Origin: a virus
Taxonomy: Duplodnaviria; Caudoviricetes
Strand: one strand, 5' to 3'
Virus record (IMG/VR): IMGVR_UViG_3300021519_000012
Span: 1 to 56,651 of that record
Length of the DNA: 56,651 nt
Shown here: one piece after another, positions 39,376 to 49,613 of the stretch
Layout of the letters: each line of letters starts with the position of its first letter
How positions within the stretch are numbered: position 1 is the first letter of the stretch
The notes under the pieces: generated by a model
Told to the model about the DNA's origin: nothing
Database searches by the model: none
Seen by the model: only the letters and a program-made list of their open reading frames with translations
Translations under genes and position numbers: made by a program

Positions 39376-40944
39376 ATGAGTAAATCACTAGACGGCAACT
39401 TAATTAAGTCAGCCAATAAGAAACAACGATTCACTGAACAAGATCTCGAAGACATTGCTCAGTGTATGCACGACCCGCATTACTTTCTTAAGAATTTTTT
39501 CTACATTCAACATCCTACCAAAGGTAAGATACAGTATGATGCATTTGACTATCAAAAAGAATTATTAGATAGTTATAATGGCCATCGATTCAGTGTAAAC
39601 ATGCTAGGACGCCAAATGGGCAAAACAACCACAGCCGTGGGATATTTGCTGTGGTATGGAATGTTTGTTCCTGACTCAACTATTCTAATTGCCGCACACA
39701 AATACACAGGTGCTAAAGAGATTATGCAACGTCTACGATATGCATATGAAACTTGCCCTGATCATATTCGTTGCGGTGTAACAAGTTACAATAAAGAATC
39801 AATTGAATTTGACAACGGGTCACGTATTGTTGCACAGACAACAACTGAAACAACAGGTCGTGGTATGTCCTTATCACTCCTATACTGCGATGAGTTTGCG
39901 TTTGTTCCACCCAACGTGGCATCAGAGTTCTGGACTTCAATATCACCTACACTAGCAACTGGTGGTAAAGCGATTATTACATCAACACCAAACTCAGATG
40001 AAGATCAGTTTGCACAGATTTGGAATGAAGCTAATAAACGCTTTGACGAGTTTGGCAATGAACAAGAAGTAGGACGTAACGGATTTGCACCATACATGGC
40101 TATTTGGAGTCAACATCCAGATCGTGATGACAAGTGGATGCACGAAGAAATGTCACGAGTAGGCGAAGAACGTTTTCGCCGTGAACATAATTGCGAATTC
40201 TTAGTATTTGATGAAACACTTATTAACTCGATTAGCCTGGCCAATTTAGAAGCAGTGAACCCTATTATGAATATGGGGCAAGTTCGCTGGTATAAAAAGA
40301 TCGACCCAACTGCTACATACATTGTTAGTTTAGATCCTAGTTTAGGAACAGGTGGCGACTACGCAGGACTTGAGGTATTAGAAATCCCCAGTTTCCATCA
40401 GGTTGCAGAGTGGCATCATAATACAACACCTATTCAAGCACAAGTCCGTATTATGCGAGATATTTGCAAGCATATTGAAGATGAATGCACCAGACAAAAT
40501 ACCACAGTTAGTCTATATTTTAGTGTAGAAAATAATACAGTAGGCGAAGCGGCACTGGTTGCTATTAATGAACTAGGCGAAGAAACTTACCCAGGAATGT
40601 TCCTAAGTGAACCGATCAAGAAAGGGCATGTGCGCCGCTACCGTAAGGGCTTTAATACTACACACAAGTCAAAACTATCAATTGCTGCCAAGTTAAAACA
40701 GTTAATTGAAACTAATACACTAAAGATCTACAGTAAACCCCTAATCAGTCAACTTAAAGCATACGTTGCCAAAGGGCTGAGTTTTGAGGCAAAAACCGGC
40801 GAACACGACGACTTAGTGGCGTCTTTATTGCTCAATATACGCATGGTTATGATGCTACAGGACTGGGATCCTAGTGTATATGAAAAGATGCACGAACACG
40901 TCTCAGAGGAGTTACTGCTCCCAATGCCCATATACATAGGTTAA
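39376..40944 (+). CDS. gp17: Terminase large subunit
   Basis: Walker A RQMGKTT, Walker B LLYCDEFAF, ITSTPN coupling motif, nuclease DPSLGTGGDY, VENN and HDDLV motifs. Confidence 0.96.
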   Translation: MSKSLDGNLIKSANKKQRFTEQDLEDIAQCMHDPHYFLKNFFYIQHPTKGKIQYDAFDYQKELLDSYNGHRFSVNMLGRQMGKTTTAVGYLLWYGMFVPDSTILIAAHKYTGAKEIMQRLRYAYETCPDHIRCGVTSYNKESIEFDNGSRIVAQTTTETTGRGMSLSLLYCDEFAFVPPNVASEFWTSISPTLATGGKAIITSTPNSDEDQFAQIWNEANKRFDEFGNEQEVGRNGFAPYMAIWSQHPDRDDKWMHEEMSRVGEERFRREHNCEFLVFDETLINSISLANLEAVNPIMNMGQVRWYKKIDPTATYIVSLDPSLGTGGDYAGLEVLEIPSFHQVAEWHHNTTPIQAQVRIMRDICKHIEDECTRQNTTVSLYFSVENNTVGEAALVAINELGEETYPGMFLSEPIKKGHVRRYRKGFNTTHKSKLSIAAKLKQLIETNTLKIYSKPLISQLKAYVAKGLSFEAKTGEHDDLVASLLLNIRMVMMLQDWDPSVYEKMHEHVSEELLLPMPIYIG

Positions 40945-40957
40945 TATAAATACATAA

Positions 40958-43222
40958 ATGAAGCCAATAGAAATTATCGCCAACGATTTATTCGACAAAG
41001 TCCGTAGTCGTTTCACCGACTTACAAATGGGAGACGAAGAAGGGTCCATTACCGCAGATCCTAACGAAGCTAGATTCTTCGACTTTGACTTTGCAATCGA
41101 AGGCAATACACTAGGGCGTGTCAGTATTAGTATTAACGAAACTGGCAACTTAAAGATTTATTATAGTCAGGGAATTACAGAAAACGCTGACTCAATTACA
41201 CAATCATTGTGGTATGATTTCTTAAGAGAAATGCGCTTTTTTGCAAAACGCAGACTATTAAGATTTGACACTCGCGATATTACTAAAGGTAACTTGGATA
41301 AAACTGATTTCCAATACCTAGCACAGAACGGAAACAAGGACCCTAACATGAACGAATCAGCTATGACTGGAAGCAAAATGACTTCCCGTAGAAAAATAGA
41401 AAACTGTGAATTAATTATTCGTCACGCAGCGCCAGTTGACGAAACTGTTCCAGGTGCCCGTAGCCGTAAAATTAAAAACATTTTTATTCAAAATGCAGAT
41501 GGCGAGCGTTTTAAATTTCCATTTACATATCTTCCAGGTGCTCGTGCAATGCAACGTCACGTGGCAAACGGCGGCTATCCACACGACGATGGCGGCAAAC
41601 ATATTGTTAGAACTTGCGAAGAAATCCTTAAACTATCAGATTTTGGACGTAAAGTCAAGCACTCAACTCTAAATGATAATGCACATCAAATTGCAGAACG
41701 TGCCGGACAAAAATTAAAATCATTGCGCCATCACATGGAGTGTATGAGCAAACAAGGGTATTATGAATCTTGGAAAGAAGCGTATGCTCCTCAAGAAGAC
41801 GACCTAATAGAAATCGATGCAGCCACAATGGAAAGTTATAAAGATACTTTCACAGTTAATAAGTTTGACGAAGCCCTTGCAGATGTGTTTCCATTACTGC
41901 ATTCTATTATGCAAGAAGCAGGCACAGTTGACTTAGAAGATTATGTTAGTGAAGCACAGCAAGATGAAGAAATTGCAGAAGTTGACGAATCCAATGAAGA
42001 CGAGTTTGCTGCATTTGAGTCTTGGACTGAGTCAGTTATCGGTGAAGGTTTTTCAGACGAAGAACTACAAGCACTACAACAACTAGTTCAAGAACCTTTA
42101 TTAGTTGGCGCAAGCGACGAAGCTGCCCAAGCACTTGCCGGAATTGGCATTAAAGATCCAACACTAATCAATGCACTTCGTGCTGTGGCAGCAATGCCAA
42201 ATGGTGCTAATGCAGATGCAAGAGATACAATTAAGACATATCTTGGAGCAGACGCTGCTAAATTAAACTGGGGTGCTGAACCAGCTGCGGCAGCCGCTCC
42301 TGCACAACAACCACAGGAGCCAGCTATGGCAGAAGCAACACCAAATACAGGCATTGGCGGCAAACATGTTCCAGTTGCTAATAATCAAGATAAAGAAAAT
42401 TTATTAAAAGGCAAAACAGATCGCCCAGCAAACTATGGCCTAGGCAAAAAGCCAATGGAGAGTTTTATGGGCCCAGAAGATTTTAATGATTGGCTAAAGG
42501 ATGCTACTCACCGTGTTGCCCATGGTAAGGTTGCAGATTGGACAGAGCTATATGCTGAACTAACAAGCGACTTAGCAATGGACGATAACAAAGCAGAGCG
42601 CATTGCCAAACGCATTTATAGTCATGACGCACTAGCACAACATCGTGTTACTCCAACTGACGATTTAGATATTACTCCTGATGCTGATGTTGGAAACGAT
42701 GACGAATTTGACGGCGGAATGAGCGATGATGATTTCGTTAATCAAGCTAAACAAAACGTTGGATACAGACCAGAAATGGACGAAGATGATATTGATCCAG
42801 AAACAGGTGACGATACTTTGATTGAACCAGAAGCACCAAAAAGTTCAGCAAAAGAAATCGCAGAAATTGTTATGGGATTTTATGACCGCGAAAAAGGTAC
42901 ATGGCCAAAAGGCGAGCATGGAGTAGTTACTCATGTTAAGCGTCAGTTTAGTGATGAAGAAGGCAATGGCGGCGATCAAGAAGCTGCAATGGCCGCAAAG
43001 TTAATTCAACATCTTAACCAATCACATCCATCGCAACAAGCTGAACAGTTTGCCGAAATGCGTAAGCTGGCTGGCTTACCAGTTACTGAAGCCGATGCTT
43101 GGAAAAAAGAAACACCTTGGAAAAAAGCGACTAAAAAAAATCCACGTGGTGTAGTTACTAACCTAAGTGATAGAGCTCGCAAAGAAACTGAGAAAGCTGA
43201 TAAAGAAACAAAAAAGAAATAA
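40958..43222 (+). CDS. Large hypothetical protein with acidic C-terminal half, possibly head-associated
   Basis: 754 aa; full TATAAATA at 40945-40952; GERFKFPF-x-x-L-x-GARAM-x-RH block; MRKLAGL motif near the end. Confidence 0.6.
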   Translation: MKPIEIIANDLFDKVRSRFTDLQMGDEEGSITADPNEARFFDFDFAIEGNTLGRVSISINETGNLKIYYSQGITENADSITQSLWYDFLREMRFFAKRRLLRFDTRDITKGNLDKTDFQYLAQNGNKDPNMNESAMTGSKMTSRRKIENCELIIRHAAPVDETVPGARSRKIKNIFIQNADGERFKFPFTYLPGARAMQRHVANGGYPHDDGGKHIVRTCEEILKLSDFGRKVKHSTLNDNAHQIAERAGQKLKSLRHHMECMSKQGYYESWKEAYAPQEDDLIEIDAATMESYKDTFTVNKFDEALADVFPLLHSIMQEAGTVDLEDYVSEAQQDEEIAEVDESNEDEFAAFESWTESVIGEGFSDEELQALQQLVQEPLLVGASDEAAQALAGIGIKDPTLINALRAVAAMPNGANADARDTIKTYLGADAAKLNWGAEPAAAAAPAQQPQEPAMAEATPNTGIGGKHVPVANNQDKENLLKGKTDRPANYGLGKKPMESFMGPEDFNDWLKDATHRVAHGKVADWTELYAELTSDLAMDDNKAERIAKRIYSHDALAQHRVTPTDDLDITPDADVGNDDEFDGGMSDDDFVNQAKQNVGYRPEMDEDDIDPETGDDTLIEPEAPKSSAKEIAEIVMGFYDREKGTWPKGEHGVVTHVKRQFSDEEGNGGDQEAAMAAKLIQHLNQSHPSQQAEQFAEMRKLAGLPVTEADAWKKETPWKKATKKNPRGVVTNLSDRARKETEKADKETKKK

Positions 43223-43240
43223 GGTAATACCTACTTAAAC

Positions 43241-43268
43241 AAAAAGGCAGATTATTTCTGCCTTTTTT
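43241..43268 (+). terminator. Rho-independent terminator, potentially bidirectional
   Basis: AAAAAGGCAG-ATTATTT-CTGCCTTTTTT. Confidence 0.85.
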
Positions 43269-43269
43269 G

Positions 43270-43298
43270 TTGACAGGATAAATAAACTAGCATATAAT
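43270..43298 (+). promoter_or_regulatory. Perfect sigma70 promoter with a nested late box
   Basis: TTGACA (43270-43275), 17-nt spacer, TATAAT (43293-43298); TAAATA at 43279-43284 within the spacer. Confidence 0.85.
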
Positions 43299-43386
43299 AA
43301 TATATATGCAAACTTTCGTAAGTCAGTTGGCTTATAATAGAAAGAGGCAAAGTAGTAAACAAAGGCACATTATAAGGAGAAATAAC

Positions 43387-44385
43387 ATGGCATCTTTGGC
43401 AGAAATTAGAGCAAAACTTCAAGCATCATCACAACAAAACACCGGTGGCAGCAACGGCGGTGACAACGCAATATTCCCCCATTGGAACGCCGCAGAAGGC
43501 ACAACGACTACAGTTCGTTTCCTACCTGACGCAGATCCAAACAACACTTTTTTCTGGATTGAACGAGCAATGATCAAATTGCCATTCGCTGGAGTTAAAG
43601 GTGAAACAAATAGTAAACCAGTAACAGTACAAGTACCTTGCATGGAAATGTGGGGCGAGACTTGTCCAATTCTTGCTGAGGTTCGCCCTTGGTTTAAAGA
43701 TAAGTCATTGGAAGAAATGGGTCGTAAGTATTGGAAGAAGCGTAGTTATTTGTTCCAAGGTTTTGTTACAGACACAAAAATGTCTGAAGATAAGACACCA
43801 GAAAATCCAATCCGCCGTTTCATTATTGGCAGTCAGATTTTCAATCTAGTTAAAAACGCATTAATGGATGCAGAGATCGAAGAGTTGCCAACAGACTATG
43901 TCCGTGGCTTAGACTTTAAGATCACCAAAACATCCAAAGGTGGATATGCTGATTACTCAACATCAAGCTGGGCTCGTCGTGAACGTGCTTTAGGCGATGA
44001 AGAAAAAGCGGCTATCGAGCAATATGGTTTGTTTGATTTAAAATCATTCTTACCTAAAAAGCCAGGTGAAGTAGAACTCAAAGTTATGAAAGAAATGTTT
44101 GAAGCGTCAGTAGACGGTGAAGCATTTGACATGGAACGTTGGGGTCAATACTTTAAACCAGCTGGTATGGGTGGTAGTGGTGCGGCAACAGGTTCAGCTT
44201 CAACAGCGGCTCCTAAAGCGGCTCCTGCACCAGCAGTGGACGAAGACGCACCTTTTAACTCTGCGGCTCCAGCTGCCGCTGAAAAAGTTGCTGAGGCTGC
44301 TCCTGCGGCTACAACTGGTTCAGACGCATCGGCTCGTGCCCAAGACATCTTGGCAATGATCCGTAACCGTCAAAAAGCAGAATAA
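43387..44385 (+). CDS. gp32: Single-stranded DNA-binding protein (T4 gp32-like)
   Basis: VRFLPD, C-x-x-x-x-G-x-x-CP, DFKI-x-K...YADY-x-x-S motifs; AAGGAG SD supports the start at 43387. Confidence 0.88.
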   Translation: MASLAEIRAKLQASSQQNTGGSNGGDNAIFPHWNAAEGTTTTVRFLPDADPNNTFFWIERAMIKLPFAGVKGETNSKPVTVQVPCMEMWGETCPILAEVRPWFKDKSLEEMGRKYWKKRSYLFQGFVTDTKMSEDKTPENPIRRFIIGSQIFNLVKNALMDAEIEELPTDYVRGLDFKITKTSKGGYADYSTSSWARRERALGDEEKAAIEQYGLFDLKSFLPKKPGEVELKVMKEMFEASVDGEAFDMERWGQYFKPAGMGGSGAATGSASTAAPKAAPAPAVDEDAPFNSAAPAAAEKVAEAAPAATTGSDASARAQDILAMIRNRQKAE

Positions 44386-44395
44386 GGAGTAACAA

Positions 44396-45460
44396 ATGAG
44401 TAAAGCATTTGATATCTCTAAGTTTCGCAAGTCAATCACTAAGTCTATTGAAGGCTTAGGTGTTGGCTTTAATGACCCAACTGATTGGATTTCAACTGGC
44501 AATTACGCACTCAACTATCTTATCTCAGGGGACTTCTTTAAGGGAGTTCCTTTGGGTAAGGTAACAGTGTTTGCTGGTGAATCTGGTGCAGGTAAGTCGT
44601 ATATTTGTTCCGGTAACATTATTAAAAATGCACAAGAGCAAGGCATCTTTGTTGTGCTAGTTGATAGTGAAAACGCACTTGACGAACAATGGTTGAAAGA
44701 TTTGGGTGTTGACACTGGTGAAGACAAACTTCTAAAGTTAAACATGGCTATGATTGATGACGTTGCTAAAACTATTTCAGAGTTTATGAAAGAGTATAAA
44801 ACAATGGATCCAGTTGAGCGTCCAAAGGTTATGTTTGTTATTGACTCACTTGGTATGTTGCTTACTCCTACTGACGTAAATCAGTTTGAAGCAGGCGAGA
44901 TGAAAGGTGATATGGGCCGTAAACCTAAAGCACTTACAAGTCTTGTTCGTAACTGTGTAAATATGATCGGTAGCTATAATGTTGGATTAGTTTGTACTAA
45001 TCATACATACGCTTCACAAGACATGTTTGATCCAGATGACAAGATCAGTGGTGGGCAAGGTTTCGTTTATGCTTCTAGTATTGTTGTTGCTATGAAGAAA
45101 CTTAAATTAAAACTTGACGAAGATGGTAATAAAGTTACAGACGTTTTGGGTATCCGAGCCGCTTGTAAGATTATGAAAACTCGTTATGCTAAACCATTTG
45201 AAACTGTGCAGATCCAAATTCCTTATTCAACAGGAATGTCTCCAACATCCGGATTGGTTGACATGTTCGAGAAGATGAATGTATTATCTAAAGTCGGCAA
45301 TAAATTAGCTTACACAAGTAAAGAGACAGGTGAAATTATCGCTGAATTTCGTAAGAATTGGACTGAAGACAAGCTCCAAATGATTATGAAAGAATGGGAT
45401 GCCAAGGCAGCTGAATCTTTAACCACAACTGAAATCATTGAGGAAAGTGAAGAAGCATAA
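44396..45460 (+). CDS. uvsX: RecA-like recombinase UvsX
   Basis: ISTGNYALN, Walker A GESGAGKS, DSENA, VIDSLG, NHTY and SGG-x-G motifs. Confidence 0.95.
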   Translation: MSKAFDISKFRKSITKSIEGLGVGFNDPTDWISTGNYALNYLISGDFFKGVPLGKVTVFAGESGAGKSYICSGNIIKNAQEQGIFVVLVDSENALDEQWLKDLGVDTGEDKLLKLNMAMIDDVAKTISEFMKEYKTMDPVERPKVMFVIDSLGMLLTPTDVNQFEAGEMKGDMGRKPKALTSLVRNCVNMIGSYNVGLVCTNHTYASQDMFDPDDKISGGQGFVYASSIVVAMKKLKLKLDEDGNKVTDVLGIRAACKIMKTRYAKPFETVQIQIPYSTGMSPTSGLVDMFEKMNVLSKVGNKLAYTSKETGEIIAEFRKNWTEDKLQMIMKEWDAKAAESLTTTEIIEESEEA

Positions 45461-45711
45461 TGGATGAACAATTAATTATCACTGTGTGGGACATCTTTCG
45501 CGAATACATTCCTGAAAAGAATCGCGAAATGGCAGCAAATCAATATGTGGATTTTTTACTAGGAAATGACATTGATGCAGATACATTGCAGTCATATACT
45601 GGCTACGACCCACATCTCGACGAAGCTATCAAATCTGTTACAGACGAAGAGTCAGAAGATGACGAAGACGAATATAACGAAACTGGATACGACGAAGACG
45701 AGGATTATTGA
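45460..45711 (+). CDS. Small acidic hypothetical protein
   Basis: TAATG-coupled to uvsX; strongly Asp/Glu-rich tail. Confidence 0.7.
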   Translation: MDEQLIITVWDIFREYIPEKNREMAANQYVDFLLGNDIDADTLQSYTGYDPHLDEAIKSVTDEESEDDEDEYNETGYDEDEDY

Positions 45712-46166
45712 TGAGCTGGTACTCAAAAGTCAGTAAAGACATTAGTCATTTACCCGATTGTATTGAGTACTACTACGCTCAGTTAGACGAAGCACGGAAG
45801 GAGGTCCGAGTATATGGAAACCTAGAAAAGTCCTCCGCCCAACTACCTGGAATTGTAGAACAGCGTTTTAATCAATTGCAGGAAATTGAGGGTGTTTTAG
45901 AATACCTTAACATCGAGCTACGTAGAACACGCTCAAAAGCATTTAAGAAATATTTGGAAAACTATCAGCGAGCTTTAAGCAGTCGTGACTGTGAAAAGTA
46001 TTGCGAAGGGGAACCAGATGTGGTAGATCTTGAAAAGATTGTCAATGAGTTTGCGTTATTACGCAATCAATGGCTAGGTATTATTAAAGGTCTTGATATT
46101 AAACAATGGCAGTTAAGCAACATTATCAAGTTGCGAACAGCCGGAATGGAAGATGTTCAAATCTAA
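45708..46166 (+). CDS. uvsY: Recombination mediator UvsY-like
   Basis: Helical ~150-aa protein ending IKGLDIKQWQLSNIIKLR-x-AG; lies between uvsX and uvsW. Confidence 0.75.
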   Translation: MMSWYSKVSKDISHLPDCIEYYYAQLDEARKEVRVYGNLEKSSAQLPGIVEQRFNQLQEIEGVLEYLNIELRRTRSKAFKKYLENYQRALSSRDCEKYCEGEPDVVDLEKIVNEFALLRNQWLGIIKGLDIKQWQLSNIIKLRTAGMEDVQI

Positions 46167-46168
46167 CA

Positions 46169-47398
46169 ATGTATATCGAAAATCTAATTTGCGAAGCAAC
46201 CAATACAGGGCTGTGGACTTCGACTCGCCGAACTTTTAATATTCCTTGGCAAGGCACTGATTTTACTTTTATTCAAAGCCTTGCGGAGCAGATAGCATTT
46301 CAAAGTCTCGCATTAACAGAAAAGCAAGCCAATCACGCATTAAAAATTCTAGATAAACATCGCGAATCGTTGCGCCAATGGGTGCCGTTAATTGACGATA
46401 TTTTAGAAACACCCAAATGGAAAAACGTTTTTAGAGTATTACCTACTGTCAAAACTATTAAAATAGGAATACATAAACAGCCAGCACGATTCTTTAATGG
46501 CAAATGTATTCTTATAGAATTCCCATACGACCACAACCTAGTAGATGTATTTAGAAAACGGAATTCTGACATGCATGACTTGCATAAAGGTCAATGGGAT
46601 TCAAATCTCAAACAGTGGATATTTGCATTAACAGAAACAAATATTGGGTATCTTGGGGATACGTTATTGTCAAAAGAATTTCATGCCGATGATGAATTTC
46701 TAACCCTGTATGCCGGAGTGTTAGAAGTTCGCGAAACTATCGAGCAACTTATGCCTATGGTAGTTAAAACGTCTGACGGATATTCAATAGTAAATGCCCA
46801 TAGTAATGTTCCGTCGTTACCTGCCGGTCATTTGCTAGAAATAATGTTTACTGCAAGAAATTGTGGAGTTGGTACTTGGGATGACGCTGTTGAAAAAGAC
46901 ATGAATCAACTTATCAATCCAATCACAAAACAAATATTATCAAATAGAGAACTGTGGATTGATAGCAATGTTGTGAATATTAACTCATTTAAAGAATTGC
47001 TAGTATACGGCGGCCCAGCATTGGTTATTGTGCCAGGTGGGCACGAAGCAAAGCTGGTTAAACAATGGACCGAGCTTGCATTGAGTATTGGAATTAGAAT
47101 TGACGAGATTAGTGCAATGTTCCGCTTGCCAAACGAGCGGGCAGATTTTAACATATATGTTCGTGATGCTGGACTAAACAATCCAATAACTGAAAATACC
47201 AAACTTGTGTTTGTTAGCACTAAGATTACCAAACCGTTAGTTAAATCTGAAATTAGATTTGATACAGTAATCAATTTAGGTTACTATAATTATATGCATT
47301 TTAGTATGAGCACAGTGGTTGATAATGCTGTCAATTTAGTGTATTATAGTATGAAGAAACCGACCCAACAGAATAAATGGCAACCGCAAAAATTATAA
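46169..47398 (+). CDS. Hypothetical protein
   Basis: Start reassigned to the ATG at 46169 just after the uvsY stop; ALTEKQ motif and a HARP-like FPY...W-x-x-x-x-K-x-W segment. Confidence 0.65.
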   Translation: MYIENLICEATNTGLWTSTRRTFNIPWQGTDFTFIQSLAEQIAFQSLALTEKQANHALKILDKHRESLRQWVPLIDDILETPKWKNVFRVLPTVKTIKIGIHKQPARFFNGKCILIEFPYDHNLVDVFRKRNSDMHDLHKGQWDSNLKQWIFALTETNIGYLGDTLLSKEFHADDEFLTLYAGVLEVRETIEQLMPMVVKTSDGYSIVNAHSNVPSLPAGHLLEIMFTARNCGVGTWDDAVEKDMNQLINPITKQILSNRELWIDSNVVNINSFKELLVYGGPALVIVPGGHEAKLVKQWTELALSIGIRIDEISAMFRLPNERADFNIYVRDAGLNNPITENTKLVFVSTKITKPLVKSEIRFDTVINLGYYNYMHFSMSTVVDNAVNLVYYSMKKPTQQNKWQPQKL

Positions 47399-48831
47399 TT
47401 AAAGATGAAGTCAATGTAAAAATTGAAGGACTTGACCTTGATACCCGCAAAGAGCTGGTAAAGAAGTTCAAGTATTTCCAGCAGAGTGCAAGGTATCAAC
47501 CTGCGTATCGTCTTGGACGATGGGACGGTTGCGTTAGTTTCTTTGGCTTAGGTGGAACCACTTATGTTAGTCTACTTGATCGTATCCTACCTTTGTTAGA
47601 AGGATGGGGATATTATATCGAAGTAGAAGACGAACGCACTAGCGAACCGTTAGAGTTTGAAAAGATTGCAGAAGATTATTGGGGCGATCAATGTTGGCCG
47701 GTAGGACATAGATTTGCCGGGCAACCTATTAGACTGCGTGACGACCAAGTAGGAGTTGTCAATACCTTCCTAGAAAATCCACAAGCATTACAGTCAATTG
47801 CTACAGGTGCAGGCAAGACTATTATGACTGCTACACTGAGTAAGATATGTGAGAAGTATGGCCGCTCATTGGTCATTGTGCCAAACAAATCACTTGTAGA
47901 GCAAACAGAAGAAGACTATGTCAACGTTGGATTAGACGTGGGCGTTTATTATGGAGACCGTAAGGACCTAGGTAAGACGCATACTATTTGTACCTGGCAA
48001 TCATTAAACATTTTAGATAAAAAATCTAAGAATGGTGAAGCCGATCTTATTACATTAGCAGAGTTTCTTGAAGGTGTTAGCACTATTATTATTGACGAAG
48101 TCCATCAAGCAAAAGCAGATGTTCTAAAGAATTTGCTTACACAGAACTTACGCAACGCACCAATTCGTTGGGGACTTACCGGTACTATTCCCAAGGATGA
48201 ATTAGAATTTGAAAGTATTCGTTGCTCATTAGGTAACGTAGTTGGGCATGTTACTGCTCATGAGTTACAAGAAAAAGGTGTGCTGAGCACATGCCATGTA
48301 AATATCATTCAAACGCAAGAATGGAAAGAGTTTGGCAGCTACCCAGAAGAATTAAAGTATCTAGTTACTGATGATACTCGTATGGAATGGATGGCTAAGT
48401 TAATACAAGGTATTTCAGCTACAGGTAACACATTGGTATTAGTTGATCGTATCGAATCAGGAAAGTTTCTACAGAATGAATTACCCGACAGTGTATTCAT
48501 ATCAGGCGCAGTAAAAACAAAGGATAGAAAAGAAGAATATAATGAAATTGCCATTGCCGATAACAAAATTATTGTGGCTACTTACGGTGTGGCTGCTGTT
48601 GGGATTAACATTCCACGCATCTTCAATCTTGTTCTCGTGGAGCCTGGAAAATCTTTTGTACGTGTTATCCAGTCCATCGGACGTGGCATACGCAAAGCAG
48701 AAGATAAAGATTTTGTACAGATCTACGACATCACAGCCAATACAAAATACGCCAAACGACATTTAACAGAACGTAAGAAATACTATAAAGACGCCAAATA
48801 CGACTTTACAATTAATAAAGTAAAAATATAA
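47377..48831 (+). CDS. uvsW: SF2 DNA helicase UvsW
   Basis: WDG N-terminal motif, ATGAGKT, DEVH, GLTGT, GINIP and QSIGRGIR. Confidence 0.93.
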   Translation: MATAKIIIKDEVNVKIEGLDLDTRKELVKKFKYFQQSARYQPAYRLGRWDGCVSFFGLGGTTYVSLLDRILPLLEGWGYYIEVEDERTSEPLEFEKIAEDYWGDQCWPVGHRFAGQPIRLRDDQVGVVNTFLENPQALQSIATGAGKTIMTATLSKICEKYGRSLVIVPNKSLVEQTEEDYVNVGLDVGVYYGDRKDLGKTHTICTWQSLNILDKKSKNGEADLITLAEFLEGVSTIIIDEVHQAKADVLKNLLTQNLRNAPIRWGLTGTIPKDELEFESIRCSLGNVVGHVTAHELQEKGVLSTCHVNIIQTQEWKEFGSYPEELKYLVTDDTRMEWMAKLIQGISATGNTLVLVDRIESGKFLQNELPDSVFISGAVKTKDRKEEYNEIAIADNKIIVATYGVAAVGINIPRIFNLVLVEPGKSFVRVIQSIGRGIRKAEDKDFVQIYDITANTKYAKRHLTERKKYYKDAKYDFTINKVKI

Positions 48832-48844
48832 AAAGGAAATAACA

Positions 48845-49348
48845 GTGCAAATTTTAACCTTAGAAAATCAGACTTTCTATCTCAACAATCTACCCGAAGA
48901 AGTAGATGATGACTTGCGATACGCAGTTATGGATAACAGCGATAATCAAAATCCTGACTATTTCTATTTGCCGTTGATCTTTTTAGAATCCTTTACTGGC
49001 CCAGCTGTAGTATTAAAAATAGGCCCACACGAAGTAACTATGCCACTAGATTGGTGCACGATTGTTGGAGACCCTCAAGGTCCAGATATGGAAGTGCTAC
49101 CGCTTACAAGTTTAAATGATCGCGGATTTAGAACATTTACATTTAACCCACTAGGCTCATTCCGTCCAGAGTTTTTCGACATCGATATTATCAATGTTTA
49201 CCAAGATGTTAAATGGTATTTTCCAAAAATGAAACCTGGACAACTATTATGCACTCCGCTTCACGATGGCCCTAATCCAGTATGTGCTTACTTTGTCAAA
49301 GAAGTTAGTCGCCAAAGCGAGATAGTAAACTATACAAAGTGTTGGTAG
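48845..49348 (+). CDS. Hypothetical protein, possible degenerate Hint-like fold
   Basis: GTG start with AAGGA SD; beta-rich pattern described in the findings. Confidence 0.6.
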   Translation: MQILTLENQTFYLNNLPEEVDDDLRYAVMDNSDNQNPDYFYLPLIFLESFTGPAVVLKIGPHEVTMPLDWCTIVGDPQGPDMEVLPLTSLNDRGFRTFTFNPLGSFRPEFFDIDIINVYQDVKWYFPKMKPGQLLCTPLHDGPNPVCAYFVKEVSRQSEIVNYTKCW

Positions 49349-49349
49349 A

Positions 49350-49613
49350 ATGGGCTCACTTAAACCAGGCGCAACCTACATATACGAACGAGTAGATGAT
49401 GTAGTGTATGCTAGAGAAGCCGGAGCACTACCAGAAACCCGAGTAGCAGTAGGTTGGGATTACGATCCTGCAAACAATCCGGGGTTAGCCAAAATGCGTC
49501 ACGAATTTCTTTGGAACCAAATTTTTGAAGAAGCCACACATAATCCTGCCTTGCAAAAAGCACTGGATCAGTGTATAATAATATATAATCTGAGTAAAGA
49601 CCATGGCACTTGA
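49350..49613 (+). CDS. Hypothetical protein
   Basis: 87-aa ORF tightly packed in the operon; YIYER-x-x-x-x-VYARE motif. Confidence 0.65.
   Translation: MGSLKPGATYIYERVDDVVYAREAGALPETRVAVGWDYDPANNPGLAKMRHEFLWNQIFEEATHNPALQKALDQCIIIYNLSKDHGT

Noticed and set aside
39376-40944. Intein or intron in the terminase (also checked in UvsX, UvsW and the helicase)
   Set aside because: Lengths are normal and motifs are contiguous, with no Hint or LAGLIDADG blocks.
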